Shown here one piece after another: positions 1-13,459 of a stretch of DNA of 64,000 nucleotides. The translations under genes were made by a program, and so were the position numbers. Below the pieces are notes generated by a model. That model saw nothing but the letters and a program-made list of their open reading frames with translations, searched no databases and had not been told where the DNA came from. This DNA is from Octopus vulgaris (taxonomy: Eukaryota). How positions within the stretch are numbered: position 1 is the first letter of the stretch; each line of letters begins with the position of its first letter. The DNA is taken from contig OX597815.1 in the NCBI GenBank assembly GCA_951406725.2, positions 115,320,001-115,384,000 on the forward strand. The letters run 5' to 3'.

Positions 1-250
1 ACTGGCTTCCATGCTGGTAGCATGTGAGAAACACTATTTGAACATGACTGATGCCAGTACCCTCTGACTGGCTCTGTGCTGGTGGCACGTAAAAAGCACC
101 CACTACACTCTCAGAGTGGTTGGCGTTAGGAAGGGCATCCACCTGCCAGATCAGATTGGAGCCTGGTGCAGCCACTGGCTCTCCAGACCTCAGTCAAACT
201 GTCTGACCCATGCCAGCATGGAAAACAGACGTTAAACGATGATGATGATG
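1..250 (+). mobile_element. 3' end of RTE-clade LINE (3' UTR with (GAT)n tail)
   Basis: GGTGGCACGTAAAAAGCACC repeat, then CCCATGCCAGCATGGAAAACAGACGTTAAAC followed by (GAT)n. The same terminus ends the RT-bearing element at 31820-33705. Confidence 0.8.
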
Positions 251-599
251 ATATAAAAGTATGTGTGTGTGTGTATGTAAATTTTGGACAAATGGATATC
301 TGTCAATTAGTGTGTTGACATAGGGTGTATATCAATTAGAACACCAACCATAAAGATACAAACATTTCCCATAAACTCTTTTCCATAAAACTCTTACCAA
401 CTTGCAACAAAACCACCAAAGGAGATGATGCTTTTCATACCAAGGGACATAATTTTTAACTTAACCCCTGCTCGGTTCATTTCATTGTCTTTTTTTACAG
501 CAACCACAAACCAGACGTGTCTGTTCACCTCCAAAAATAGAGAGCAGTCACCATATTTCATTTCACAACAGCTACTGCTGAAGAGTGCAGGGTTACATT

Positions 600-990
600 A
601 TTGGACTGTTATCTGACATTGTTGAGTCCATTGTGCAAAACCGGTTGGTAAGAGTCCAGAAGCTGGCTACCCGCATGGTTCTTGGTCTCAAGAATTTGTC
701 TTATGAAGAAAGGCTGAAGATGCTCGACCTTTATTCTCTAAAAAAACGACGACGCCGTGGTGATCTCATTCTTGCTCACAACATCATAAGCAGAAAGTGT
801 AACCTCTTGAAAGAGCTGTTCTTCACTCCTGCTCCAGAGCGAAGGAGAGGGGCTTTCTCCGTCCGGGTTGCGGATCCGTGGAATGAGCTGCCGGACAAGA
901 TGGTGAAGATGCCGACGACCGCTCTGTTCAAAGTCTCCCTTGACCACAAGTGGCCTGAACTAAGATCAGCTGTAATGGATATATGATACT
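600..990 (+). mobile_element. CR1/L2-group LINE ORF2 C-terminal fragment
   Basis: RVQKLATRMVLGLKNLSYEERLKMLDLYSLKKRRRRGDLI...FSVRVADPWNELP is the typical CR1-group ORF2 tail; it is internally deleted. Confidence 0.85.
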
Positions 991-1164
991 GTAGACTTTG
1001 ATTAATATATACAGGGTTGGACAAAATAATACATTTTCGTTGCCACTGCCTAACACGAACAAACCCTATGTCACCAGGACTGGCCGCACTGTGCATTGGC
1101 CTAAAAACATCCAGCACTGAGGAAAACATTGATTGTGTTCACCACATGATGATAGATGATAGAT

Positions 1165-1740
1165 GACACTTTCCCACCTGCTTCAAAGAAGGCCAAGGTC
1201 ATCTCATCTGCAGGGAAGGTGAGGTTTGTCTTTTGAATTGCAAAATGCATTGTGTTTATTGACTATCTTCAAAAAGGCCTCACCATCAATGGAGAGTACT
1301 ATGCCAACTTGCTGAGGAGTTATGAAAGACTATCAAGATCAAATGCTCAGGAAAACTGATGAAAGGGGTCTTGTTTCACAAGGTCAATGCTCCTGCACAC
1401 AAGTTCTTGGCTTCAGTGGCTACTGTGCATGACCATAGCTTTGAACTGGTTGATCACCCTTTTATTCTCCTGATTTGGCCCCATCTGACTCTCATCTCCA
1501 ACATAAAAAACACTTGGCTGGGAACCAGTATCACAGTAATGATAATGTCATGTATGCTGTCAATGACTTGGTTGACAAACAGGATGAAAGCATCTTCACC
1601 AATGGGATCCAAGCACTGCAACATCAATAGATGAAGTGTGTGGATTGTAAAGGGGACTATGTAGAAAAACAAATCTCATTTGGTTGCATTCCATGAGAAT
1701 ATCTTGGTCAGCCTATGAACTTTTTAGCTGATCTTTGTAG
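1165..1740 (+). mobile_element. Decayed mariner (DD34D) transposase, 3' part
   Basis: Broken frames give KKAKVISSAGKV, IVFIDYLQKGLTINGEYYANLL, GVLFHKVNAPAH, FELVDHPFYSPDLAPSD and GIQALQHQ..KCVDCKGDYVEK. Confidence 0.85.
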
Positions 1741-2409
1741 ATGTATACAAAACAGGCTTCCATACATTTTCCATCTACCAAATTCACTTACAAGGCATTG
1801 GTTGACTTCAGGCTATATAGAAGACACTTGTCAAAGGTACTGTGCTGTAGGTCTAAACACACATGGTTGCAAAGTGATCTTCCTACCCACACAACCATAC
1901 CTGTGCCTACATAGAGGAGAAACAAATCCATAAAACAACAAGCAAATCTCTACATGGTTACTCACCTGTTATAATTAGCTACCAAACCTATTTTCTACCA
2001 CACCTGACCATTTTAAAAAAAAGAAAATATTGGGTGTATGTAGTTCTAGGTACATTATAATCTGAAATGAGGGGTTGGTCAAGACTGGAATGTCTTTGAT
2101 CATAGTTTTGCTCAGTCAAGGCTGACATCGGGCAGAGCAAGATCAGATGTATTAGTTTCTTTGATTAATTGCTTTAATTATATCAAATAAGTCAAACAAA
2201 TACAAATACATTACTATAAGTAATATTATACATGATTAATAGGATCAACAAATAAATTACAATATATACACACATATGATTGTATGATTGTATGTATGTG
2301 TGTGTGTGTGTGTTTGTGTGTGTGTGATTGTATGTATGCATATGTATATGCATATATGCATGTTTATATGTATGTATGGATGGATGGATGGATGCATATG
2401 TGAATGAAT

Positions 2410-2880
2410 GTATGTTTTATTTCCTCTTTTTAATTTAGAATAAATTTTAACCAGACACTTGCTTTGTAGCAAGGTTGTGAAAGAAAGCATCTTGTTTTGC
2501 TCATTATCCACTAAATTTAATGAAGGTCTTTTAGATTTTTGTTGTCCCAGATATTGTGATTATTAGTAGTGTATGAATAAAGGAGTTGCATTCTCTTCAA
2601 GAATCCAAGTTCACTCATACTTTGCTTCCGGTGGATGGGTATGCATCCTGTTGCTTCAATAAGAACAAGATATACTTTCAGCTTTATAAGCTGAAAATGT
2701 ATCTTGAATACAGGATTTGCAAACTCCATATCAGCGTTTCCCTAGATGTGCTTTTTTCCCATGTTTTCTGACAACATTGGTATCTAGAAAGCATCTGATT
2801 TCCACAGCAGAACTTATCTTTTTCCAATGGTCCCTCACAATATCTGACCAGTTATATTCTAACCTGATGAGTCTTTCAAT
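2410..2880 (-). mobile_element. R4/Dong-type non-LTR 3' fragment, degraded
   Basis: Minus strand resembles an RLE C-terminus (L..EATGCI...LSELGF...ISGTTKI). TATG-type repeats flank both sides. Confidence 0.55.
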
Positions 2881-2969
2881 CTTTGTATTTTATGTTTGTA
2901 TGTATGTATGTATGTATGTATGTATGTATGTATGTATGTATGTATGTATGTATGTATATATGTATGTAT

Positions 2970-4611
2970 GTCTCTTCTATTTTTTAATTATTATAAATCT
3001 TCCACTGAGGAGGAAGCCAATTTCCAACAAAGATACAAGGCTCCATCTTTGGGTTGTAATTAACACAGACAAATTCACATTTGGAACTTGAGAAAAGTCT
3101 TGCATATTTTTACTGTTCCACTCACAGATTGCACTTGTAATGTACAAATTAGCAAGTCGATTTCTCTTTCTGAAAATCCCAGTTTATCCAGAATTTCCTT
3201 TAAGCATTTACTAACAAAACCTAGTACTCCAATTATTATTGGTATGAATATGAATTCATAGTCTGGATAGAGAAGCTGGAGGTTTCAAAGTAGTTGTCCA
3301 TAGATATCCTCTTTTACTTTGATTTTCAAAGAGATATTTATATCTGTAGGGCAGCTAACCTCTGAGAGTACATACCTTTGCCCTTCTGACCCAAACAACA
3401 ATATCTAGCCAGTTATGTTTACATTTGAAAGAAGTTTTGATGGGAATATTCCACCAATATTCCTTGAGTTATAGTTTATGAATGTATTCTAAAACAGAGG
3501 GATTTTCTAAGTTTATTTCAGGACAGTATTTTGTAAATTGTTTTAATGACAACATTGTGCCACATACGGAGGTAGTACCATGATGACATTTTTGGACAGC
3601 TGCTAATCACATGCACGATGTCTTCCACAGAAACATGACATAGCCTACACATATGGTCGCAACTTGGGATTACAAGAGCATCACCGTCTTTCTTGTTCAC
3701 CAGGTATTTTGTAACAATTTCCTGTTCCTGGATTGCAAATACATAGCCTTCAAAGTGTGATGTAGTGGTCTTGTGTCCAAGAAAGGCTGCACTTTGTGTC
3801 AATTCTATTGTCTTCTTCAAGCTTCCGGGCAACATACCCATGCATAGTCTTTTTTTTTTTGTATGATGAGTGCTTTCTATCCAGGTCTTCTCTGGGGTAA
3901 GAGAACCCAGCTGTTTTGGGGCTGTATAGGAGATCATCAGGAAGAGAGTGCTTCTTAAGGAGCTCACTGCTAACTTGTACAATGTTGCTCACTTCACTTT
4001 TCAGCACTGCATTTATATATTTATTTTTGCTGCTGTTGTTCAGCAGGTGCTGCCTGAGTGATACCATATGGCTTCGAAGGCCATCTGCACTGATCTCAGG
4101 CCTCTGCCACGTTCATTTCTTTTTAGGTAGAGCCTGTCAACATCACTGTTTTTGTGGAAGTTCCCAGTTGTTCTCAAGATTTTGCAGGTTTTGATATCTA
4201 TAGGGTGGATTTTCTCTACAGACCAATCAAGTATCCCAAATGTTGAGATCAGCACTCGTACTGCAAATGCATTGTGGGATATTGTTTTGTTGTAAGAGGA
4301 GAGTGCCAGCTACCATATTTCCTAAGTCTGGTGTAATATTCTTGGGTCACTCTATCTTTATTTACAGTGCTTTCATATGATACATTTTCATCTATGCCTA
4401 GGTATTTGTAACATTCTTTGTGTGGAGTGGAGGAGGTGGAGAAACTGTTGATGTACAGGTTTTGGGTTTGGGGGACTGATTTTCCTCGTTCTATTACCAA
4501 ATATGAACATTTCCTTTGGCCAAATTCCATGCCCACATCATCTGAAAATGTTGTTATCAATTCCAATTGTTTTTTGACATTGTTGACACTTTTAGCATAA
4601 ATCTTGAGGTC
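2970..4611 (-). mobile_element. R4/Dong-clade non-LTR retrotransposon, 5'-truncated
   Basis: RT piece DLKIYAK..TTFSDDVGMEFG..KC..YKYLGI, then RLYLKRNERGRGL, EGYVFAIQEQEI, CCHC finger CRLC..HVISSC..WHN and RLE IIGVLG. (TATG)n arrays abut both ends. Confidence 0.9.
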
Positions 4612-4708
4612 GTATGTATGTATGTATGTATGTATGTATGTATGTATGTATGTATGTATGTATGCATGCATGCATGTATGTATGTATGCATGCATGCATG
4701 TATGTATG

Positions 4709-4739
<31 letters not shown>

Positions 4740-4882
4740 GTATGTATGTATGTATGTTTTATTTTTTGGAGATTTATTCAAGTTCTTAAAGTTCAAACCA
4801 GTTGCTAACAAAGCCACAAAACGTTTTGATTAAAAGAGTTTTCAGTTTATGAAAACACGCAGTTGAGTTGGTGTTTGGCTGG

Positions 4883-5108
4883 GCTGTCACTGCACACACC
4901 CAGGTGTGTGGTTGAGCTGTCACTGCACACACCCAGGTGTGTGGTTGAGCTGTCACTGCACACACCCAGGTGTGTGGTTGAGCTGTCACTGCACACACCC
5001 AGGTGTATGGTTGAGCTGTCACTGCAAACACCCAGGTGTGTGGTTGAGCTGTCACTGCACACACCCAGGTGTATGGTTGAGCTGTCACTGCAAACACCTA
5101 GGTGTGTG
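4883..5108. repeat. 33-bp minisatellite, about 7 units, in the Dong 3' UTR
   Basis: GCTGTCACTGCACACACCCAGGTGTGTGGTTGA repeated head-to-tail without spacers. Confidence 0.95.
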
Positions 5109-5542
5109 CATTTATCACCTAAAGAATCTCAGATGGAGAATTTTTAGAATGTCTTAAAATTTTTCAGTGTACCACTAATAGATTGTGCTTGGAGAATCCA
5201 CATCAGTTTCTTTTGCACTTCCTTTAAAAAAAATAGTATTTCTAAGTTTTTTTGTGTAAATTTGTTGGTACATAGCCTAATGCACCTATGACGATAGCTA
5301 CAAATGAGAATTTATAGTCAGGGTACAAGAGCTGTAAGTTCCACATTAATTCATTAAATGTTCTCTTTTTCTTCTGGTCTTTTGATTGTACATTCACATC
5401 CACTGGGCAGCTAACCTCTACAACAGTGCATAACGTTTGTTCCCTGCCATACAGAACAATATTAAGTCTATTATGTTTGCACCAAATTTCTGTTTTTATG
5501 GGAGTACTCCACCACTATTCTTTGTTTTTAAAGGTGTGAATA

Positions 5543-7369
5543 TGTTGCAAAGTGAGTTTCCCCCACTAGTGTGATGTGTGGCTGCCATTGTACTGTAGTT
5601 GCTGTTTTACACTAGTAGCCACAATAGTTACTAGTCATTGGATACCATGGTATGTCTTCATACTGGAATACACCTTGTGACCTCAGGCCATTTTGTATAG
5701 CTGTCCACTACTATTAAGAAATAATATCCATTTACTGGGCCTGCAAAATCAATATGCAATCAGGACCATGGTATTTTCACTTCCAGCCTAGGTTCACATT
5801 TTGTAGTAAGCAGTTTCACTGCAGCATTTTACCAGGTTTTCAACTTCCTTGTCCATGCATGGCAAGTATACGAAACTTCGCATCAGCACTTTCAATCTTG
5901 AGATACCTGGGTGTCCTGCATGGAAGTCTTTTAGCATTCTCTTCTGCAATGTCTGTGGTATGACCACTTTCTGAGCGTACATTAGTACACCATCACATAT
6001 AGAGTACACGCTCACATCTTGGCGGTTCTTTGCATCAGACTTTTCTTTATTTCCTTTTGCTGACCACAGTTTTCTTTTTGACTCATTAATAAATTGTCAT
6101 TTCTCGTATTTCTTTTTATTTCTTCCATAGTTACTGGTAGTTCATGAATGATGTTCCACATCACTTTTTTAGTTTTCACTTCCACTCTTAGCACTGCTAT
6201 TACAGTGTCCTCCAGTGGTTCATTATTTCTTGGAATTAACGTAGACAGATCATCAGCATGCCTCAACGTTTTTGAAGGCAGATTTCCATTCTATAATCAT
6301 AGTTTAATAGAACGGTACCCCATCGCTGCAGTCTGTTTGTCGTATATGTCAGGATTCCTCTCTTAGATCCATATATCGTTATTAGAGATTTATGGTTTGT
6401 TTGCAACCAAAAACGTCTACTGTGAATGAACCTGTATTAAACAGTGAGCTCTTTTCACTAAATATTTTGCACAAAATGTCAACTGTGTTGGTCAAATTTG
6501 TGCTGTACACTTGTTTTTGCAATATGAAGTTACTATACTTCTTATGCTCTAAGAAGTAAATCAAAATTATGCTCTACTGTTGCTAGTTTTCTTAAAACTA
6601 GATGCATTTTCATTTTGTCTATCCAATCCTGACATTCTTTTTCAAAAATTTGTTCAAATCTTTGAAAGTAAGCCTCGATGGTTACTCCTCCTTCAGGTTC
6701 ATATTTGAATCTGCTTATGGAATTTACTATATGGTCAGGTGAAATTGTATTCTCTGGTTTGATTATCAACTTCATTAGTTGTAATATTTGCTGCTGCAAT
6801 CCTTGTTGTTTTTCTCGTTGTTTCTTGAGTTGTTGTTGTTGCTGTTTTTGCTACTCAGCTACCCCAGCTAACAAATCTTCTATATTTTACAATTTCCATA
6901 AGTTTGCACAAGATTTTTGTTTGGTTTTTTTGTCAAGTTATTTGATTTTCCACGTGAATTAGTTTAAATGCTCCGTGTGAAGGCTTTTTTTTTTCACTCC
7001 ACATAAATTTGTTTTTCCTCTTCACCACTGTTGTAAAGCAGGTTCCTCTCACTGGTGTGATCTGTGACTGCCCCATTGTACTGTACTTGCTGTTTTACAC
7101 TAGTAGCCACAATATTTACTAGTCATTGAATACCATTGAATCTCTTTGTACTAGAATAGTAATACACAAACTTCTTCTGTCTTACTATCACTGATAGCTC
7201 CAAAAGACACTGACTAGAACAGTCGACTCTCAACTCTTCGACTCTTAACTCTTCAACTCTCAACTCTTCAACTCTCAACTCTCTCTTGATGACCAGCTAC
7301 TGATCTATTTATAATGGCTGATCCCTACCACTTTTTACTAGGTGGGGCATACAGTTCCACTATACAACA
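5543..7369 (-). mobile_element. Gypsy (Mag-like) LTR retrotransposon, internally deleted
   Basis: TGTTG...CAACA termini and 5-bp TSD GAATA (5538-5542, 7370-7374). LTR at 7029-7369, partial LTR at 5543-5665. PBS-like TGGTGAAGAG. Gag-like EAYFQRFEQIF; integrase H2C2 FHAGHPGI..VKCC and HIDFAGP..IVVDSYTKWPEV. Confidence 0.92.
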
Positions 7370-9179
7370 GAATATATGCTGGTTCTGACATGCCTTTGAT
7401 GTATACATCAGGGCAATCATTCCCACAGATAGCACTGTAAATAGTCTTTGCAACTATACAATGTCTCAGGGGCAGGTAGTATCTCATAGACATTTTAGGG
7501 CATTTGCTGATGATGTGTGTAATAGCTTCCACACTGGTATAGCAAAGCTGACATTTTGATCATTGGAGGTTTGGTAGTATCTTTGTCCCTCTTGTTTATC
7601 AGGTATTTAGTCACTATCTCCTGTTGCACAATAGAAAAGACATACCCTTCTAGGTGGGATGTAATGTATTTATTACACATCCTGGAGGGGTTACTCTTCC
7701 TGTCAATTCTGTTGCTGCTCTCTCGCTTACAGAATACTCATGTGGTATGATACCTGCTTCTCTTCCAAACATTTGTTTAGGTAGGCCACTTCAGCCTCAT
7801 TTTAGTCACATGAAACAGTTGTATTCTCATATTACTTGCACAGTAGTTGTTCTCTAACACTGAAGATATTGCTCTCACTTTTGAGTATGCATGGAATGTA
7901 CTTATTTCTTTCTTTACTGTCCAGGTGTTGTCTGAGTGATACAATGTGACATCCAAAGGCTGTCTGGACTGACCAACCATTTCATTTCGCATAGATCTTA
8001 TTGGTGTTGCTATTAATTTAGAAGCTGCTAGTGCTGGTCATTTATTCTCATTGATTTCCAGATACTTGTGGTTTTCATCAATAGAAATAGGTGAGATAGA
8101 CAAGCCATTGATGTATATGTTGACTATCATGTACAAGCATTTATCTTGTCCAAAACCCATTTGAATGCATCATGAGAATGTTGTGACTAGTTCTAACTAT
8201 CTCTTGATTTTGATCATACAACCAGAATATAACTTTAGGTCATCAGCAACAAATGTGTGGGTGACATTAATTTTATTCCTTTTCTGCATATACCAGCATG
8301 TAGTTTTGGTGTTTTATCAACAGGGCTAACAAGGAATTCACTGCCATTACAAACAACATTACAGATAAACTATTACCCTGGAATATGCCTATTGATAGCT
8401 TAATTATCTTCATAACAATAGCTGTTGTTTTAGTAGCTGTTTGTGTGGACAGTTTTTCAGTAGCATTCATTACTATAGTGAATGCCACTGAAAGACTGAC
8501 CACAACATGGTCCACACAGTTAACACTGACAACAACTGCATCAAGAACTTCATCTGACCCATGCAGGCATTGAAAAGTGGACATTAAAACAATGGCGATC
8601 ACACACACAAACCACACACATAACATGTCAATGGCAGTGTTTGTGGGAACGGGTGTGGGTATTCTATATCAACAGGGTGAAAACAAGCATAACTATCACA
8701 CCCACACGTACACACAAAGCAGATCTACTTCGGTCTCCAGAGCTGGGTGGGACTAAGAAGCAGAAGATAACAATATGCAGCATTTCAAAGTAAGGCTACA
8801 GGTGAAATGTTTAGCATAACTGAAAACTGAGAACTGGTTCTATCTTGTTCACATAAACCTATCACTACTTTCATACTAAATGTCCCTTAGGCTGCCCAAA
8901 TCTTGTTCATGTTTCTTTCCTTCCTTCTTTTCTTTCTCTCCTTTCCTCCCTTCTTTCCTTTCTTCCTTCTTTCCTTCCTTCCTTTTTGTCTTTATTTCTG
9001 TTATAAGGACATCCCCCTTTCACATTCTCAAACAGGTATGTCAGTTCTAAGTTTCATTCATTGAAACAGTCTTCATAAGCACATTAAGTGGACGCTAGGC
9101 ACACCCATATATGTTTTTACTTCCCACATATAAACACGCTCAGATATATACACAAAACGCACCCCCAAAATCCATACAT

Positions 9180-9217
9180 ACAGACACGCACGCACACACA
9201 CACACATACACACACAT

Positions 9218-9267
<50 letters not shown>

Positions 9268-9420
9268 TCACTCTCTCACACTTACATGTATATATATGAT
9301 TGTCCATACAAACACATATTCATCATATGAATAATAAAATAAATATGCTGTGAAATTCATTGAGTAGAGACAGACACAAATTTATACATACATACATACA
9401 TAGTTACATACATACATATA

Positions 9421-9451
<31 letters not shown>

Positions 9452-9870
9452 GTACATACAAACATATATCCACAAATATACTCCTAAACACACCCACTGA
9501 CATTCACACGAACATACATGTATGATATATCTATATCTATCTGCAAGCATACACATACACACACATACGTGTATCTATCTATCTATCTACACACACATAT
9601 CTATGTATCTAACTATCTATCTATCTATCTCTGTCTTTAAATATCTATCCTCTATTTATCTATATCTGTCTATAGATATATATCTACCTACCTACCAACC
9701 TACATGCCTACCCACATACCTATCTACTGACCTACCTACCTACCTACCTACCTACCTACCTACCTACCTACCTACATACATACAAACATACATACATACA
9801 TACATACATACATACATACATACATACATACATACATACATACATACATACATACATACATACATACATG
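9180..9870. repeat. Compound microsatellite (CA)n/(CATA)n/(TATC)n/(CCTA)n
   Basis: Directly visible. Confidence 0.95.
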
Positions 9871-10910
9871 TAACAAAACATATGTCACTAAAGAATAGTG
9901 CAGCCAAATAAAGAAAATTTGGACCTCAGAACACTCTGCATTCAATAAAACAGTGGCCCACAAAGTATTTGCAGTGCCAGTACTCAGGCCAACATTTGGG
10001 CTGCTTGATTGAATGCATGATGAGATCCAAGCCATTGATGTGAAAACCTGAAAAATACTAACAAACACACATAATTTCCACTTAAACAGTGACAAGACAG
10101 CAGAGGCTTAACATCAATCCAAAGTGCCTTTGAATTTTGTATCATATCACTTCAGCAACATCTTTTAACCACCAAGGGTTGGCTGATAACATTATAAGAC
10201 ATGGAAGGCAGCTTCTTGAGCAACATTCCTTGTCTGATAACCTAGAATGCATGCCCAAAGAAGTCACATGACTCTACCACAACGTATCATCAGATGAAAG
10301 GTTGAGCCTATATGAGCAGAAGACTATGCATGGATATGATAGTAGAAAGCTCTGAGATAATAATAACACTGATCATCAAAGCAGTCTTTCATGGACCAAT
10401 AGCTGGATTACTACCTCCCACTTTGAAGGGTATGCATTTGCAATCCAGGAACAGGAAATATTAACCAAGTACCTGATGCACAAAAGAGTTAGAAATGCAG
10501 GAACATCAGTAAAATATGACAACTGATGCAGGCTTTGTGGAGTTAACACCAAAGGTATCACCCACATCATAAGCAGTTGTCAAAAAATGTTATCATGGTA
10601 TTATCTACCTATGAGACATCTGCATAATGAACTGCTGGATCATAATTGAAAGCTGCTTCATAGAAGTTACTTCTCTGAGCTGTTGCAACTGCTCTTCATT
10701 CTGCAGCGGAGTTCCTATTCCTTGTCAGCTGTGCATATCTCTGTTCATCACTTTGAGATGTTCTGGCTTTTGTAGTGCACAGTCTGTTAGGACACTCTAT
10801 AATGAAATCCATCAGAAGGATAACCCCACGGGCAAGGAAATAAGAACTCACAGTATGGTAGAAACCATAGCCATTCATAATCAAAAGGTGTACTGGCGGA
10901 ATGTCTAGAT
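9870..10910 (+). mobile_element. R4/Dong fragment starting at the edge of a (CATA)n array
   Basis: KIWTSEHSAFNKTVAHKVFAVPVLRPTFGLLD, SHFEGYAFAIQEQEILTKYL, CRLCG..ITHIISSC, YYLPMRH. Interrupted at 10617-10789. Confidence 0.85.
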
Positions 10911-11049
10911 TATGCAAGTCTCAACTGCTAGTAGCTGAGATACCAACTTTCTATGTTAACAACTCTCCAACCCATGCCAACATGGAACATAGATGTTAAG
11001 TGAAATGTTGAAAGAAAGTTTTCAACTCATATATGTATATAAAGTAAAT

Positions 11050-12810
11050 ATACGTAATTCAAAAACACATTTTGTGTAACTTATTTTATAACCAAAAAAC
11101 AGGTACAGATTATAAACAATGAAAGGCTGATTTTGGTGATTCATTTGACAGAGTTAGTAGAGAGACAATTCAATGACAAATCTGACCTTGGATCTTGAAA
11201 GTTTGCATGAATCCTGGTTCACTTAAACCTCTTGTGGCTCCAAATGAAGTCATCTGTAGTGCAGTGCTGTATTGTCTAATTTTGTTTTGGAAGTGCTTGG
11301 AATCTTGGTCAGTTGATGGCAACAGTTTATTCAATGGCTCTGGAGATTGGGGTATTGCAGGGAGTTTAACCTTTCCATCACTGCAGCACAGTGCAGGTAT
11401 CTCTCCAGGTCACTTCCTTGCTTTACAATGTATGCACTCTGTTGTCATTGCACCAATGGAAACTCTAGTATCATCTACATAATGAACTGCTGGATCATAA
11501 TTGAAAGCTGCTTCATAGAAGTTGCTTCTCTGAGCTGTTGCAACTGCTCTTCATTCTGCAGCGGAGTTCCTATTCCTTGTCAGCTGTGCATATCTCTGTT
11601 CATCACTTTGAGATGTTCTGGCTTTTGTAGTGCACAGTCTGTTAATTTCTTGGTATGTTTCCTTTTCTGAAGCTGTCTCTCTTTCCCTGGGCAGAGACAT
11701 TCTTTTGACTGACCTTGATATTGTAGAGAAATTTGACACTTTCCTTCTACGCATGGTTATATATGTATACAGAAATACATGGGTGCAGAAGATAGTAAAC
11801 AATGAAAATAACTGGATAATGGAAATTATATTTCTTAGTACGATGGGCAGAAAGTAAATAAGAAATTTTTACAGAAAATAAAAAATTGTATGGGTTGAAG
11901 TGAAATTGTCACTTAGTGAACCAAAGAGCCAATGTTGAAGGAACCAGAAAAAAGCCATTAACAACAGAAAAACACAAAACCGTTGCAAAAGTAAATAAGA
12001 AATTTTAAAGAAATTTAACTAAGTGTACAGAATTATGTGAAATTTTTGAAGTTACTTCTGTCTGTAAATTATGAACTTACTTTTATCAGTAATTCTGTCA
12101 ACAACAAAAAAATACGCAAAGCGTTGCAAAAGTAAATAAGAAATTTGTAGGCAAATTTAACAAAGTGTACAGATTGAAGTGAAATTTATGAAATTACTTC
12201 TGTCAGTAAATTACGTATGAAATTACTTTCATCAGTAATTGTGAAGTTCTTTCTGTCAGTAATTTGATGTTGCTGTTGTTCTTGTTGTTTTTCAATAGCA
12301 ATTGAAAACTTACAGTGAAAACAATAGTGATTGAACTTAAAGTGAAAACAATAGCGTCTGAAAAATGCAAGTGAAAACAATAGAGAATGTGTGAGATATA
12401 AAGAGAGGGGGAAGAGAGAGAGAGAGAGAGAGCTAGCTAGTTTGACAAATAAGCTAGATATAGATAGATGAGATATAGACAGATAGATACAGAGTGATGG
12501 ATAGTTATAGAGATAGAGATGGATAGAGAGATAGAGACAAAGAGAGAGAGAGAAAGAGAGAGAGAGATGGATAGAGAGATCTAGACATCACTGACGTTAG
12601 AAGAGTGGAAGTAAATATTTTCAAAAAATTTCAGACATAAATCTAATATAAAAAGCAGTATTTTTTGTTTTTAATAAAAAAAATCGAATGAAGAGCTTAA
12701 CATGTGCGTGAGATCAAATTATTCACACAGCACAAGTATGGAAGCAATTGGTGAAGCTCTTTTAGCATGAAAAGCAAATACATACACATCTCTATTCTAT
12801 ATATTAGATG
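11050..12810 (-). mobile_element. Helitron remnant (5' end plus N-terminal RepHel region)
   Basis: Minus strand reads AAFNYDP..IGAMTTECIHCKARK*PGEIPALCCSDGKVKLP..PEPL..SKHFQNKIRQY..QMTSFGA..TFKIQGQICH. A^TCTAATATATAG 5'-terminus motif near 12808. Confidence 0.85.
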
Positions 12811-13102
12811 AGATTGTAATAATTTTTTGACCAATGGAGGTAAGGGAGACAATTAATTTCTGAAAGTTACTTCACAAAGAGTTACATCCCTTCCTCATAT
12901 AACCCAGGAATGGGTATTTTCTGCCCCCAGCGGTTCCTGTTACACATAATGTGAAAAATTTTAAGAGTTTAAAACCATCCCTGGAACATAGGTAATGTAT
13001 GTTCCCAGTTTGGAGAAAATCAGTTGAAAAATATGACCATGATAATCTTTTACAAACATACACACACACACACACACACACAGAACGGGATTTATTTCAT
13101 AT

Positions 13103-13186
<84 letters not shown>

Positions 13187-13269
13187 ACTTACTTGGAAAT
13201 GGATGTGTGGCGTTCAATCAAATAATAATATAAATAATATATAGATACGTATATATATGGATATATATA

Positions 13270-13455
13270 TCATCATCATCATCATCATCGTTTAACGCCT
13301 GCTTTCCATGCTGGCATGGGTTTGACGGTTTGACTGAGGACTGGTGAGCCAGAGGCTGCACCAGGCTCAATCTGGTCTGGTGAAGTTTCTACAGCTAGAT
13401 GCTCTTCCTAACACCAACCACGCCAAGAGTGTAGTGGGTGCTTTTTATGTGCGAC
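13270..13455 (-). mobile_element. RTE 3' end
   Basis: (CAT)n CGTTTAACGCCTGCTTTCCATGCTGGCATGGG, the reverse complement of the 1-250 terminus. Confidence 0.8.
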
Positions 13456-13459
13456 ATCA

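Larger units (their letters stand above)
4757..8480 (-). mobile_element. R4/Dong-clade element of a second family, split by a Gypsy insertion
   Basis: GIFQGNSLSVMLFV, THTFVADDLKLYS, EGYVFSIVQQEIVTKYL, HIISKCPKMSMRYYLPLRH. The reading EPAYI/HTFKNKE is continuous across the Gypsy. The 3' end runs into (CATA)n. Confidence 0.85.

Noticed and set aside
4883-5108. CRISPR-like palindromic 33-bp repeats
   Set aside because: There are no spacers and no cas genes, and the context is a eukaryotic retrotransposon UTR.
8273-8626. Hydrophobic 117-aa ORF as a membrane protein
   Set aside because: It is a chimera of Dong RT (GIFQG), its fold-back arm and an RTE tail.
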